This document shows positions 23,188 to 31,964 of a stretch of DNA of 64,000 bases, in pieces. The notes beneath the pieces were generated by a model. That model was given only the letters and a program-made list of their open reading frames with translations, made no database searches and was not told where the DNA came from. How positions within the stretch are numbered: position 1 is the stretch's first letter; each line of letters begins with the position of its first letter. Position numbers and translations under genes: made by a program. This DNA comes from a plasmid: sequence record NZ_AP023324.1; one strand, given 5' to 3'.

Positions 23188-23625
23188 TCATCGGGAAAGC
23201 GGCCTCGGGCAGGTCTCCGCCTCATGCTCGAAAGACAGCAGGATCGGGCATGGTCCTGCCGCCCCGTTTCCGCATTCGCGGACCAGATGGTCGAGCGCGG
23301 CCCGCGCCTTTTGCAACCCCGCGATCTGCACATCCAGCGCCGCGATCCGTTCCTGCGCCAGATCGCGCACCCGCGCCCGATCATCGGTCGCATCCAGCGC
23401 CAGCAACGCGCCGATCTGCGCCAGTGTGAAGCCCGCCTGCTGCGCCGAGCGAATGAAGCGAAGCCGCCGCGCATCCTCCTCGCCATAACGCCGGATGCGG
23501 CCCGCCCTGCCCGGCCCGGGGACGCTCGGGCGTGGCAAGCAGGCCGCGCCGCTGATAATAGCGGATCGTCTCCACCCCCACCCCGCCCTCACGCGCCAGC
23601 CCCGCGATCGTCCAGTCGGCCATGA
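23188..23625 (-). CDS. MerR-family transcriptional regulator (one frame break)
   Basis: N-terminal HTH MADWTIAGLAREGGVGVETIRYYQRRGLLATPERP. The C-terminal dimerisation and metal-region text is YGEEDARRLRFIRSAQQAGFTLAQIGALLALD...LVRECGNGAAGPCPIL. Confidence 0.7.
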   Translation of the reverse strand, partial: SWPTGRSRGWRVRAGWGWRRSAIISGAACLPRPSVPGPGRAGRIRRYGEEDARRLRFIRSAQQAGFTLAQIGALLALDATDDRARVRDLAQERIAALDVQIAGLQKARAALDHLVRECGNGAAGPCPILLSFEHEAETCPRPLSR

Positions 23626-23742
23626 TGCCACTCCAACCTGCCAATGACCTTGTGCGGATAAATGCTAGAGAGTTTGTCAGCATATTATCGCTGGACGCCA
23701 AGCGCGGCGAGATAAGGGGCTGGATCACCGGCCCCGTGATCT

Positions 23743-24781
23743 AGCGCTTCATGGCCTCAATCAGCTTCTTGACGTCGGCTACGTCCACGTGGCAGGATCA
23801 GAATGTCTTCGCCGCTTGCTACCACGATCAGGTCCTGTACGCCGACCGCCGCAACACGTACGCCGTCAGTGCGGATCAGGCAATTCGTGGTATCGATGGC
23901 CAGCACCTCGCCGCGATGGGCATTGCCGAAGCCGTCCAGCTCACTGATGGCGTGCAGGGCATCCCAGCTGCCGACATCGTTCCAGCCCATGGCGACAGGG
24001 ACTACCGCAACACGGTCGGCACGTTCCATCACGGCATAATCGATCGAGTCTGACGGGCATGCGGCGAAGGCGGCCTCATCGGGGCAGATGCGCTTGCCGT
24101 CGTGCTTGGCTGTACGAACCGCCTCTTCGGCTGCGGCGAGCATTTCCGGCGCATGTCGGCCGAGCTCTTCCAGATAACGATCGGCACGGAACAGGAAGAT
24201 ACCGCCGTTCCAAGCGTAGTCGCCCCGCGCGAGCATGGCTTCCGCCCGTTCCAGCTGAGGCTTTTCGACAAAGCGCGCGACCTGATGCACACCCTTGGCG
24301 ATCTCGCGACCGACACGGATCCAGCCATAGCCTGTTTCGGGCTTGTCGGCCGCAATGCCAAAAGTGGCGAGCCAGCCTTGGGATACCATGGGCAGCGCTG
24401 CTCGAATGGCGCTGTGGAATGCATCGAGATTTTCGATGACGTGATCCGATGGCATGACGAGCAGCACATCCTCGGGCTGGGCGACAAGAGCCGCCAGCGC
24501 GATGGCGGGTGCGGTGTTGCGGGCAACCGGTTCGGGATCAGCGCACGGGGCGGGGTGCCTGCTTGGGTCAGCTGGCTTTCGACCAGATCAGTATGGCGTT
24601 GTCCCGCCACGACAATCGGGGCTGCAAAACCATCGGTGTTGGTCCGCTGCGCGGTCAATTGCAGCATCGTCTCGTCCGATGTCAGCGCTAGCAACTGCTT
24701 GGGCATTTCCGGCCGTGACATTGGCCATAAACGCGTGCCGGACCCGCCGGACAGGATTACCGGCACGATCAAATGGTTCAT
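23743..24781 (-). CDS. Mannose-1-phosphate guanylyltransferase-like nucleotidyltransferase (2 frame breaks)
   Basis: N-terminus MNHLIVPVILSGGSGTRLWPMSRPEMPKQLL. The middle reads LLVMPSDHVIENLDAFHSAIRAA...GYGWIRVG. The C-terminus is recovered as ...HVDVADVKKLIEAMKR* after a break near 23790. Confidence 0.7.
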
Positions 24782-24946
24782 GAAGACTTCCTTGCGTCGT
24801 CGCGCCATTTGCAAAAATGGGCAATCAGTATCAGTGTTGAAGACGTCATGCGACGCCCGGTTCGCAGGCGCAACAAGAACGCAAATATCTATGCGTCGCG
24901 CTGCCCCAATCTTGCTCGCAGCGGGCATCTCCGCTGCGATAGAGAG

Positions 24947-24977
24947 TCTACATGTCGACGTATCGGATTGTCGGCAC
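24947..24977. repeat. Motif copy c: TCTACATGTCGACGTATCGGATTGTCGGCAC (divergent region between the guanylyltransferase and Grx-MauE genes)
   Basis: Read directly from the sequence. Confidence 0.7.
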
Positions 24978-25101
24978 TAATGGGACTGGCAAAATGGGAC
25001 ACCATTGACTCCGTACCATGGTACGTCCCCCATATGGGATGCGCACCCTCGATGGAGAAGGACGATGGCCAGCGCCGCCCCGGACCGCAACCCTGTACCG
25101 C

Positions 25102-25812
25102 ATGGTAATGGACACGCATGTCTGTCCCTATGGCCTGAAGGCCAGAGACCTACTGCGGCGCCAGGGCTATCGGATCAAGGATCATGCCTTGCGCACCCGT
25201 GAGGAAACCGACGCCTTCAAGGCCGAGCATGGCGTGAAGACCACGCCGCAGGTCTTTATCGGGGGCGAGCGGGTGGGTGGCTATGACGATCTATGTCGCT
25301 TCTTCGGCAAGCGCGTCGCCGACCCCAAGGCCACGACCTATCGCCCGGTCGCGGCGCTGTTCGCCATGACCGCGCTGATGGCGCTGGCCGCGTCGCAGGC
25401 GGTCTATGCGACGCCCCTGACCCTCCGTGCTGTCGAATGGTTCGTCGCGTTCAGCATGGCGGTGCTGGCGCTGCTGAAGCTCCAGAATGTCGAGAGCTTT
25501 GCGACCATGTTCCTGAATTACGACCTGCTCGCCAAGCGTTGGGTCCCCTATTCCTATGTCTATCCCTTTGCCGAAGGGTTGGCCGGTGTCCTGATGCTCG
25601 CCGGCGTGGCGGTCTGGGCCTCGGTGCCGATCGCGCTGGTCATCGGTGGCATCGGCGCGGTGTCGGTCGTCAAGGCGGTCTATATCGACCGGCGCGAGCT
25701 TAAATGCGCCTGTGTCGGCGGATCGAGCAACGTGCCGTTGGGCTTCCTATCGCTGACCGAAAATCTGATGATGATCGGCATGGCGCTATGGATGCTTATC
25801 CGACATGTATGA
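25102..25812 (+). CDS. Glutaredoxin-domain / MauE-DoxX-like membrane protein fusion
   Basis: The N-terminal Grx fold text is MDTHVCPYGLKARDLLRRQGYRIKDHALRTREETDAFKAEHGVKTTPQVFIGGERVGGYDDL, with a CPYG site, that is a monothiol-like variant of CPYC. It is followed by about 5 predicted TM helices with a MauE-like text. Confidence 0.6.
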   Translation: MVMDTHVCPYGLKARDLLRRQGYRIKDHALRTREETDAFKAEHGVKTTPQVFIGGERVGGYDDLCRFFGKRVADPKATTYRPVAALFAMTALMALAASQAVYATPLTLRAVEWFVAFSMAVLALLKLQNVESFATMFLNYDLLAKRWVPYSYVYPFAEGLAGVLMLAGVAVWASVPIALVIGGIGAVSVVKAVYIDRRELKCACVGGSSNVPLGFLSLTENLMMIGMALWMLIRHV

Positions 25813-25826
25813 TTGTCGACACGGGG
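25796..25826. repeat. Motif copy d: TTATCCGACATGTATGATTGTCGACACGGGG (just 5' of the recombinase gene)
   Basis: Read directly from the sequence. Confidence 0.7.
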
Positions 25827-25877
25827 ACACGTAGACTTGTGAGAGGGTTATGGGGCTGCTAGCATCGGTGTCGTCCC

Positions 25878-26838
25878 ATGGCCCGGCTGTCCCCCCTCCC
25901 CTCGCCCACGCTGCAATTGCCCGCGATCGTTGCTGCGGCGGATGAGCGGGCGCAGAAGCATTTCCTCGAATTTTTCGTCGCCACCATCCGCAATGCCCAT
26001 ACCCGGCGCTCCTATGCGCGTGGCGTGTCCGACTTCCTCGCCTGGTGCGCCGAGCGCGGTGTCGTCGCCCTCCCCAGATCGAACCGATCCATGTCGCGGC
26101 TGGATCGAGGAACTGGGCCGCGAACTGTCGGTGCCGACGGTCAAGCAGCGACTGGCGGGGATACGGCATCTGTTCGACTGGCTGGTGCGCTGTCATGTCG
26201 TGCCGACCAATCCGGCGATCTCGGTACGCGGGCCGGCCTATAGCGTTCGGCGTGGCAAGACGCCGGTGCTCGATCCCATCGAGGCGCGCGAACTGCTCGA
26301 CAGTATCGACGTGTCGACATGTATAGGGCTTCGTGATCGCGCATTGATCGGGTTGATGGTCTACAGCTTCGCGCGGGTCGGGGCGGCGCTGGCGTGCCGG
26401 GTCGAGGATGTGTTCGTCCAGAACCGCCGCCTTTGGGTGCGGCTGCACGAAAAGGGTGGCAAGCGGCATGAGATGCCGTGCCACCACAATCTCGACGAAT
26501 ATCTCCATGCCTATATCGACGGCTGCGGGCTGGCTGAGGATCGCAAGGGCTATCTGTTCCGTACCATCGCGCGCGGCACCGGCCGGCTGTCCCAGACCCC
26601 GCTGCCCCAAGCCAATGCCTATCAGATGGTCCGCCGGCGCGCGCTGGCGGCCGGGATCGGCACCGCGATCAACAACCATTGTTTCCGTGCGACGGGGATC
26701 ACCGCCTATCTGAAGAATGGCGGCACCCTCGAGCGCGCGGCCGCGATGGCCAACCATGCCTCCACCCGCACAACCCAGCTCTATGACCGGCGCTCGGATA
26801 CGGTGACGCTGGACGAGGTAGAGCGGGTGATCATCTGA
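25878..26838 (+). CDS. Tyrosine recombinase/integrase (XerC/D-phage integrase family), one frame break near 26070
   Basis: N-terminal SAM-like text ERAQKHFLEFFVATIRNAHTRRSYARGVSDFLAWC. The catalytic domain reads ...GLRDRALIGLMVYSFARVGAALACRVEDV...HNLDEY...NHCFRATGITAYL...HASTRTTQLYD, giving R..H..R..Y. Confidence 0.8.
26305..26326. repeat. Motif copy e: ATCGACGTGTCGACATGTATAG (inside the recombinase coding region)
   Basis: Read directly from the sequence. Confidence 0.6.
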
Positions 26839-26865
26839 CATGTCGGATTGTCGACATGTCGTCAG
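26835..26865. repeat. Motif copy f: CTGACATGTCGGATTGTCGACATGTCGTCAG (immediately 3' of the recombinase stop)
   Basis: Read directly from the sequence. Confidence 0.7.
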
Positions 26866-26877
26866 AAAGGGTGGGGC

Positions 26878-27250
26878 ATGGAGAATATCACGGCGAACCG
26901 ACTGGCGGCCGGATCGGTGCTGCGCTTCGCCTATCTCGCGCACCTTGCGCTGGTCTTTCCAATCTGCCTGCTATTCGGGCTGATCGGCATGATGAGCGGC
27001 GGCACGGTCTATCATAACGGCCAGACGGTTCATGGCTTGCCGGCGCTGTTCATCGCGCTGGCGCTGGGGGCCATCCTTCCCTTGCTGCCGGCCTTGTGGT
27101 TCTGGCTGGGTGTCCTGGTCCTGCGGCTCTTGCGGGGCAGGGGGCGGCCTGAGCGTCCGGCAGGACTGAAGCCTCGCTCTACCGGGCCTTTCCTTCCGCT
27201 GGTCGCAGCCGGATGGCGCCCGGCGACCCCGTCGATAGAAGCACCGCGCG
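26878..27250 (+). CDS. Hypothetical small membrane protein (2 predicted TM helices); the 3' end is uncertain because the ORF reads into the iterons
   Basis: MENITANRLAAGSVLRFAYLAHLALVFPICLLFGLIGMM...LPALFIALALGAILPLLPALWFWLGVLVL. There is no recognisable family. Confidence 0.3.
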
Positions 27251-27257
27251 CCCGGCC

Positions 27258-27357
27258 CAATTCATACTCGAAAGCACGAATTCAATCGTCCGCGAGGTGG
27301 TTTCCCCAAGGGGCAGGGCGCTGGCCCTCCCAAAGTTCGTGCTTTCGAGTATGAAAT
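27258..27357. repeat. Iteron pair upstream of repA: 27258-27288 direct and 27334-27357 inverted copy of TTCATACTCGAAAGCACGAAT
   Basis: Read directly from the sequence. This is the same 22-mer as the downstream iteron array. Confidence 0.65.
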
Positions 27358-27486
27358 CCAACATGACCCGTACGCCCACCCCGCGCGCAAAAGGACGCCA
27401 GTCCCCGATCGCCGGCCCGCCCACAGGGCGACCTGTTCCACCTCGACAGTCCGCTGACCAGCGAGATCCGGGGCGAGCGCTCGCTG

Positions 27487-28310
27487 ATGGCCTTTCCCTT
27501 CTTCGCGCTCAGCAAGACCGCGTGGATGAAGCCGCTGACCTATCATCACGCCAATGTCTCGATCGAGGTCCGCCCCTCGGCGCGGGGGGTGGCGACCATC
27601 TATGACAAGGAGATCGTCCTCTATATCGCCAGCCTGATGGCGGGAAAGATCGAGCGCGGCGAGGAGGTGGGGCAGGACTTCGTCTTCACCGCGCATGACC
27701 TGTTCTCGGTGACGAGCTCCAACCATTCGGCGCGCTCCTATCAGCGGCTGTCCGAGGCGTTGGAGCGGCTGCAGGGCACGCAGATCAAGACCAATATCGA
27801 GGCGGGCGGCGAGGGCGAAGAGGGCTTCTTCTCGGCTGTCCGAGGCGCGGCTGCATTATTCCAAGACGCGCACCGGCGAACGGCGGCTGAAGGCGGTCAA
27901 GGTGCGGCTGTGCGACTGGCTCCACCGCGCCATCCTGCGCGATCGGCAGGTGCTGGCCTATGCGCGGCCTATTTCCAGCTCGGCCCGGTCGAACGGCGCA
28001 TCTATGAGGTGGCGCGCGCGACTGCCGAGGAGGGGCGGCTGGAGATCGACGGCGACCTTCCGGCTCCAGATCGGCTATCAGAACCCACTCGCCAATTTCC
28101 GCGCCGCGATGAAGGCGATCGCGCAGGCCGACGCCATTCCCGATTACCAGGTCGAAGTCATCGAGGATGCCGAGCCCGAGGAACCCGCTGAGGGCAGGGG
28201 GCGGGGGCGGCGCGCGCCCTCCGCCCGGGTGATCGTAACCGCGCGCCCGCCAGCACTTCCGGATGAGGTTTCAGAGACACCCCGAATCACATCGGCACCC
28301 ATCGAGACGT
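27487..28310 (+). CDS. repA: Replication initiator protein RepA (RPA family of alphaproteobacterial plasmids); frame-disrupted near 27900
   Basis: N-terminal text MAFPFFALSKTAWMKPLTYHHANVSIEVRPSARGVATIYDKEIVLYIASLM... matches the RPA N-terminus pattern (F.L.K...P..Y.H..V.I.V.P...G.ATI.D.D.L.Y). It is flanked by iterons. Confidence 0.7.
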
Positions 28311-28328
28311 GATTCGCGGGGCGCGACC

Positions 28329-28479
28329 CAATTCATACTTGATAGCACGAATTATCGGCGTGAATTCATACTCGAAAGCACGAATGCTTCGCCGAATTCC
28401 TATCCGATAGCACGAATGACGCGCCCGAATTTTGTAATTCGGGCGGTGTTTTTGAATTCATACTCGAAAGCACGAATCG
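28329..28479. repeat. oriV-like iteron array: 4 direct copies of about 22 bp (28329, 28361, 28394 (degenerate), 28453) plus the inverted repeat GCCCGAATTttgtAATTCGGGC at 28423-28444
   Basis: Read directly from the sequence. Spacing is 32/33/59 nt. The array lies immediately 3' of repA. Confidence 0.7.
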
Positions 28480-28949
28480 TCACGGCTTACTTTGTTGGAG
28501 ATTTACTGCAAGGTTAACCCATATCGCGGGTCGAGACCTGTGAAGGCAGCATATGGGAGCGGTCGTGACCACATAAAGGAAAGCCCGGCACGAAGGCCGG
28601 GCATCCAGTACTACAGGAGCGACGTCGCCAAACGTCGATCCGGGGCATCACACACCCCCTCCTGATACGCCTGTCGCCCCTGCGGTTCAAGGATGCGCGC
28701 TTCGCGCCACGCCCTTTCTCGTCCTTTTTTGGTCCGGCCCCGGAAATAAGGGGAAGGAAGATGACGGCGTTCACCTTTGGTGAAGCGACGACGCGCGCTT
28801 GCGCAGGCCGCGGCCACGCGATCGGGGACATCCGTGCGCGTAGGCCATCGCACCGGCGCGCGTGTCCGCCGTGACAGCATCGAGGCGGGGACGTTCGAGG
28901 ACATGTTCTTCGCCACGCCGGCCAAGGGGAGTGTGACCGGCTGATCCGC

Positions 28950-29609
28950 ATGGCCCGCACCGCGCTCGATGCCGGTCGGCGGATCAAACGCGAGGCACGG
29001 GGGCAGGGCAGGGCGCTGACCGGCCCCGAACACGCGCTGGCCAGCCTGACGGCGGGGGCGGTGCGGGTCTATGAGGAGCTGTGCACGCTCGCCCGGCTCA
29101 ATGCGGGCCGTGTCTATCCCAGCTATGACCGCCGGCCGCCGCGACCGCGCTCGGCCGCGCCACCGTCGCGCGCGCGCTCAGATCTGGAGGAAGCTGGCTT
29201 CCTCGTCCGCCAGCGCCGGTTCCGCCGGGTGGAAGGCGAGGGGCCGGGGCCGCGCTGGGAACAGACCTCCAACGCCTATCGGCCGGTCGTGCCCAAGCAG
29301 CTGTTATCGCTATTACCCCGCTGGCTCCGCCCCGCCCCGGTTCCCGACGATGCCCTTCAGCATGTGGCGGAGCAGGCCGAGGAACAGGAACGGCTCAAGG
29401 CGCAACTGACCTGTCGCGAACTGGCGCAGTTCACCGTGGGGGGAGCGCTAGGCCGCGTACTGGCCCGGCTGGGCATTGCGATTGATCGACAGATGCCCGT
29501 GCGAGAGTCTCATGCCGATCCTGAACCCCTCCCCAGTTTATTTGAGAAGGAGAATAAAGCCTCCCCCTTGCCAGGTGAGACGCCCCTTAGTGGCCATGAG
29601 ACCACGTAG
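28950..29609 (+). CDS. Hypothetical protein in the plasmid-maintenance block. It is preceded by a translationally coupled small ORF (about 28757-28936) with a strong AAGGGGAAGGAAG RBS.
   Basis: 219 aa with no recognisable family. Arg-rich N-terminal text ...ALASLTAGAVRVYEELCTLARLNAGRVYPSYD suggests DNA binding (weak). Confidence 0.3.
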   Translation: MARTALDAGRRIKREARGQGRALTGPEHALASLTAGAVRVYEELCTLARLNAGRVYPSYDRRPPRPRSAAPPSRARSDLEEAGFLVRQRRFRRVEGEGPGPRWEQTSNAYRPVVPKQLLSLLPRWLRPAPVPDDALQHVAEQAEEQERLKAQLTCRELAQFTVGGALGRVLARLGIAIDRQMPVRESHADPEPLPSLFEKENKASPLPGETPLSGHETT

Positions 29610-29783
29610 AACGCCCACCGCAAACGACATAACTAGGGGAAATGACGGGAAGCGCCGGCTTCGCCGACGCCATGCTCCCTAGAAGGAGCAAGCGGATCCG
29701 TCAGCCTGTCTTTCGGCCTGTTTGGTGATGTGGAGGAGGAGAGTGGAAATAAGCCTGATCCGGCCATCATGTGCCGTTTCCTA

Positions 29784-29834
29784 CTCGACACGTCGGCCTG
29801 TCGACATGTAGTCTATATGACATGCCGACAATCG
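29784..29834. repeat. Motif copy g: CTCGACACGTCGGCCTGTCGACATGTAGTCTATATGACATGCCGACAATCG (spans the parA start)
   Basis: Read directly from the sequence. Confidence 0.7.
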
Positions 29835-30472
29835 CGATCATCAGCCAAAAGGGCGGTGCGGGAAAAACGACCTTGGCCATCCATCTTGCCGCCGCAGGAC
29901 AGGAAGTGGGACAGGTGTCGCTCATCATCGACACCGATCCCAGGGCGACCGCCAGCCAATGGGCGTCGGCGCGAGGACGCGCCCCCCGAAGTCATCGACA
30001 GCCCACCTCCACGCCTCGCCGCCAAGGTCGAACAGGCCAGGGGGCAGGGGGCCAAGCTGATCGTCATCGACACGCCGCCCCATGCCGATAGCGCCGCCCG
30101 CGCCGCAGTCGAGGCGGCCGACTGGTACTGATCCCCTGCCGTCCGAGCGCCTTCGACCTCTCGGCGATCCAGACGACCGCCAAACTGGTCCAGCTGCTGC
30201 GCAAACCAGCCTTCGTCGTGTTCACCGCCGGCAACCCCAACGCGCCGCGCGTCTATGCCGAGGCGGGCGAACTGGTCGAAAGCTATGGCACCCCGCCATG
30301 CCCCGTCCTGATCCCCGACCGGGCCGCGTACCGCCACGCCTCGGCGGAGGGGCGCACCGTCATGGAAACCGAACCGGCGGGCAAGGCGGCCGAAGAAATT
30401 CGTGAACTCTACAAGTGGACATGTCGACAACTAGACCTGCCCGTCGCTCGTTTTAAGAAGGTCCCTGCATGA
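29822..30472 (+). CDS. parA: ParA/Soj-family partition ATPase (2 frame breaks)
   Basis: MPTIAIISQKGGAGKTTLAIHLAAA (deviant Walker A)...IIDTDP...LIVIDTPPH...PSAFDLSAIQTTAKLV...IPDRAAYRHASAEGRTVME. Confidence 0.8.
30418..30435. repeat. Motif copy h: GGACATGTCGACAACTAG (3' end of parA)
   Basis: Read directly from the sequence. Confidence 0.6.
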
Positions 30473-30743
30473 GCCGCAAACCCAGCTTCGCCAATCTGCG
30501 CGATCGTACCGCGCCAGTCGCGGCGCAAGCCCATCAAACTCCGTTACTAATAGCGATGATGGAAGAGCCAGTCGTCCTGCTAGTCGAGAGGGCCGCAAAC
30601 AGATCGCTGGCTTCTTCACGCCTGAAATGTCTTTAGCAATGCATATGATGGCACGACGGCAGGGGCGAAGCCTTCAGGCGCTAATGGCAGAGGCGTTTGA
30701 CGATGTGCTGCGCAAATATGGGGAAAGCCCGGTGGGGGGATGA
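30469..30743 (+). CDS. Small ribbon-helix-helix (ParG/CopG-like) partner of ParA (one frame break)
   Basis: Its start overlaps the parA stop (ATGA). The C-terminal text is KQIAGFFTPEMSLAMHMMARRQGRSLQALMAEAFDDVLRKYG, typical of RHH centromere-binding proteins and antitoxins. Confidence 0.5.
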
Positions 30744-30761
30744 GACTGTGCCTTTTGAGAC

Positions 30762-31823
30762 AGGCTAGAGCAGATTCCGATCAGTATGCATCGTATCCGG
30801 CAGCGGCGAAGTAGTTGGCGCATTCGGCGGGCGTGAAGGTGTCGATGGCGGCACCTATGGCGCGGGACAGATCGTCGACGGTTTGTGCAGCGGCTTTGCG
30901 CAGGAGTGCTTTCAGCTTGGCGAAGGCGTTTTCGATCGGATTGAAGTCGGGCGAGTAAGGCGGAAGGAAGAGCAGCCGGCGCCCCTTGCCTCGACCGCCT
31001 CCCGCGCCGCGACGCTTTTGTGGGCGGGCAGGTTGTCCAGGATCACAACGTCGCCCCGTTTCAGCGTTGGAGCGAGTACCCGGGCAACCAGGCCTCGAAC
31101 CACGCCCCGGTCATCGGTCCGTCGATGACGAGCGGTGCGGTCATGCCCGAGAGCCGCAAGCCACCGACGAACGTGGTCGTCATCCAGTGTCCGTGCGGTA
31201 CAGCCATGCGCAGCCGTTCGCCACGTGGAGCGCGTCCATAGCGGCGTGCCATCTTCGTACTGGCACCCGTCTCATCGACGAAGACCAGCGTTTCCGGATC
31301 GAGGTCGAGCTGGCCATCGAACTAGGCCTCGCGCGCGCTCAGGACGTCGGGGCGGTCCTGTTCCTGCGCGTGGCCAGTCTTTTTTTGCGCGTATGCCCGT
31401 GACGGGCGAAGAAGCGCCACAGCGTCGATACCGCGACCGCGATCCCCTCGGCGGCCAGGCCCTCGCGCAGCTCGGCAAGAGTGATGTCGGGAGCCGCCTC
31501 GCACAGCGCCCAGATGCGCGCCGCCTTGGCCTCGGTCGTGGCCGAGCGCGTGTCACCGTCCTGCGGCTTGGCCGCTGGCTTTCCCTGATCGCGCTGAAGG
31601 GCCACCCACCTCACGGCACTGGCTGCGCTGACCCCGAACCGTGCGCGGCCGCCCGGCGTGACATGCCTCCCGAAATGGCACCAACAACCCGCTCGCGCAG
31701 GTCCATCGATAACGGCTTGCCCATCTGACCGGCCTCCCCTCGCCGGGGACGAGCATGAATCAGACTTCACTCCCTTTGGGAATCCCTCAACGATTCACAC
31801 TGATCGGATTTTGCTCTAACCTA
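30762..31823. mobile_element. IS630-family insertion sequence (about 1.06 kb) with about 22-bp imperfect terminal IRs
   Basis: IRL GGCTAGAGCAGATTCCGATCAG (30763-30784) versus the reverse complement of the right end GGTTAGAGCAAAATCCGATCAG (about 31800-31821). TA follows the right end. The internal transposase is of IS630 type. Confidence 0.7.
30785..31727 (-). CDS. IS630-family transposase (several frame breaks)
   Basis: N-terminal HTH ...FGVSAASAVRWVALQRDQGKPAAKPQDGD...TLAELREGLAAEGIAVAVSTLWRF. The DDE region reads ...VVILDNLPAHKS...LPPYSPDFNPIENAFAKLKALLRKAAAQTVDDL. Confidence 0.7.
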
Positions 31824-31964
31824 TCAGCGGCCTGAAAATGGGGAGCACGTCAACCTGCTATGACTACCGCATAATCCATTTCACTGCCTTTGCCTATTTC
31901 ACCGCTCTCGCAATCTATCTACATCGAATGGTGATTGACTTTAAATCAAGTCTTACTACCTCAA

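Noticed and set aside
28329-28479. Possible CRISPR array, judged by its regularly spaced direct repeats
   Set aside because: There are only 4 copies, the repeats are of 22 bp with short irregular spacers, an inverted copy lies upstream, and a RepA gene is adjacent. This is a plasmid iteron array, not CRISPR. No cas genes are present in the window.
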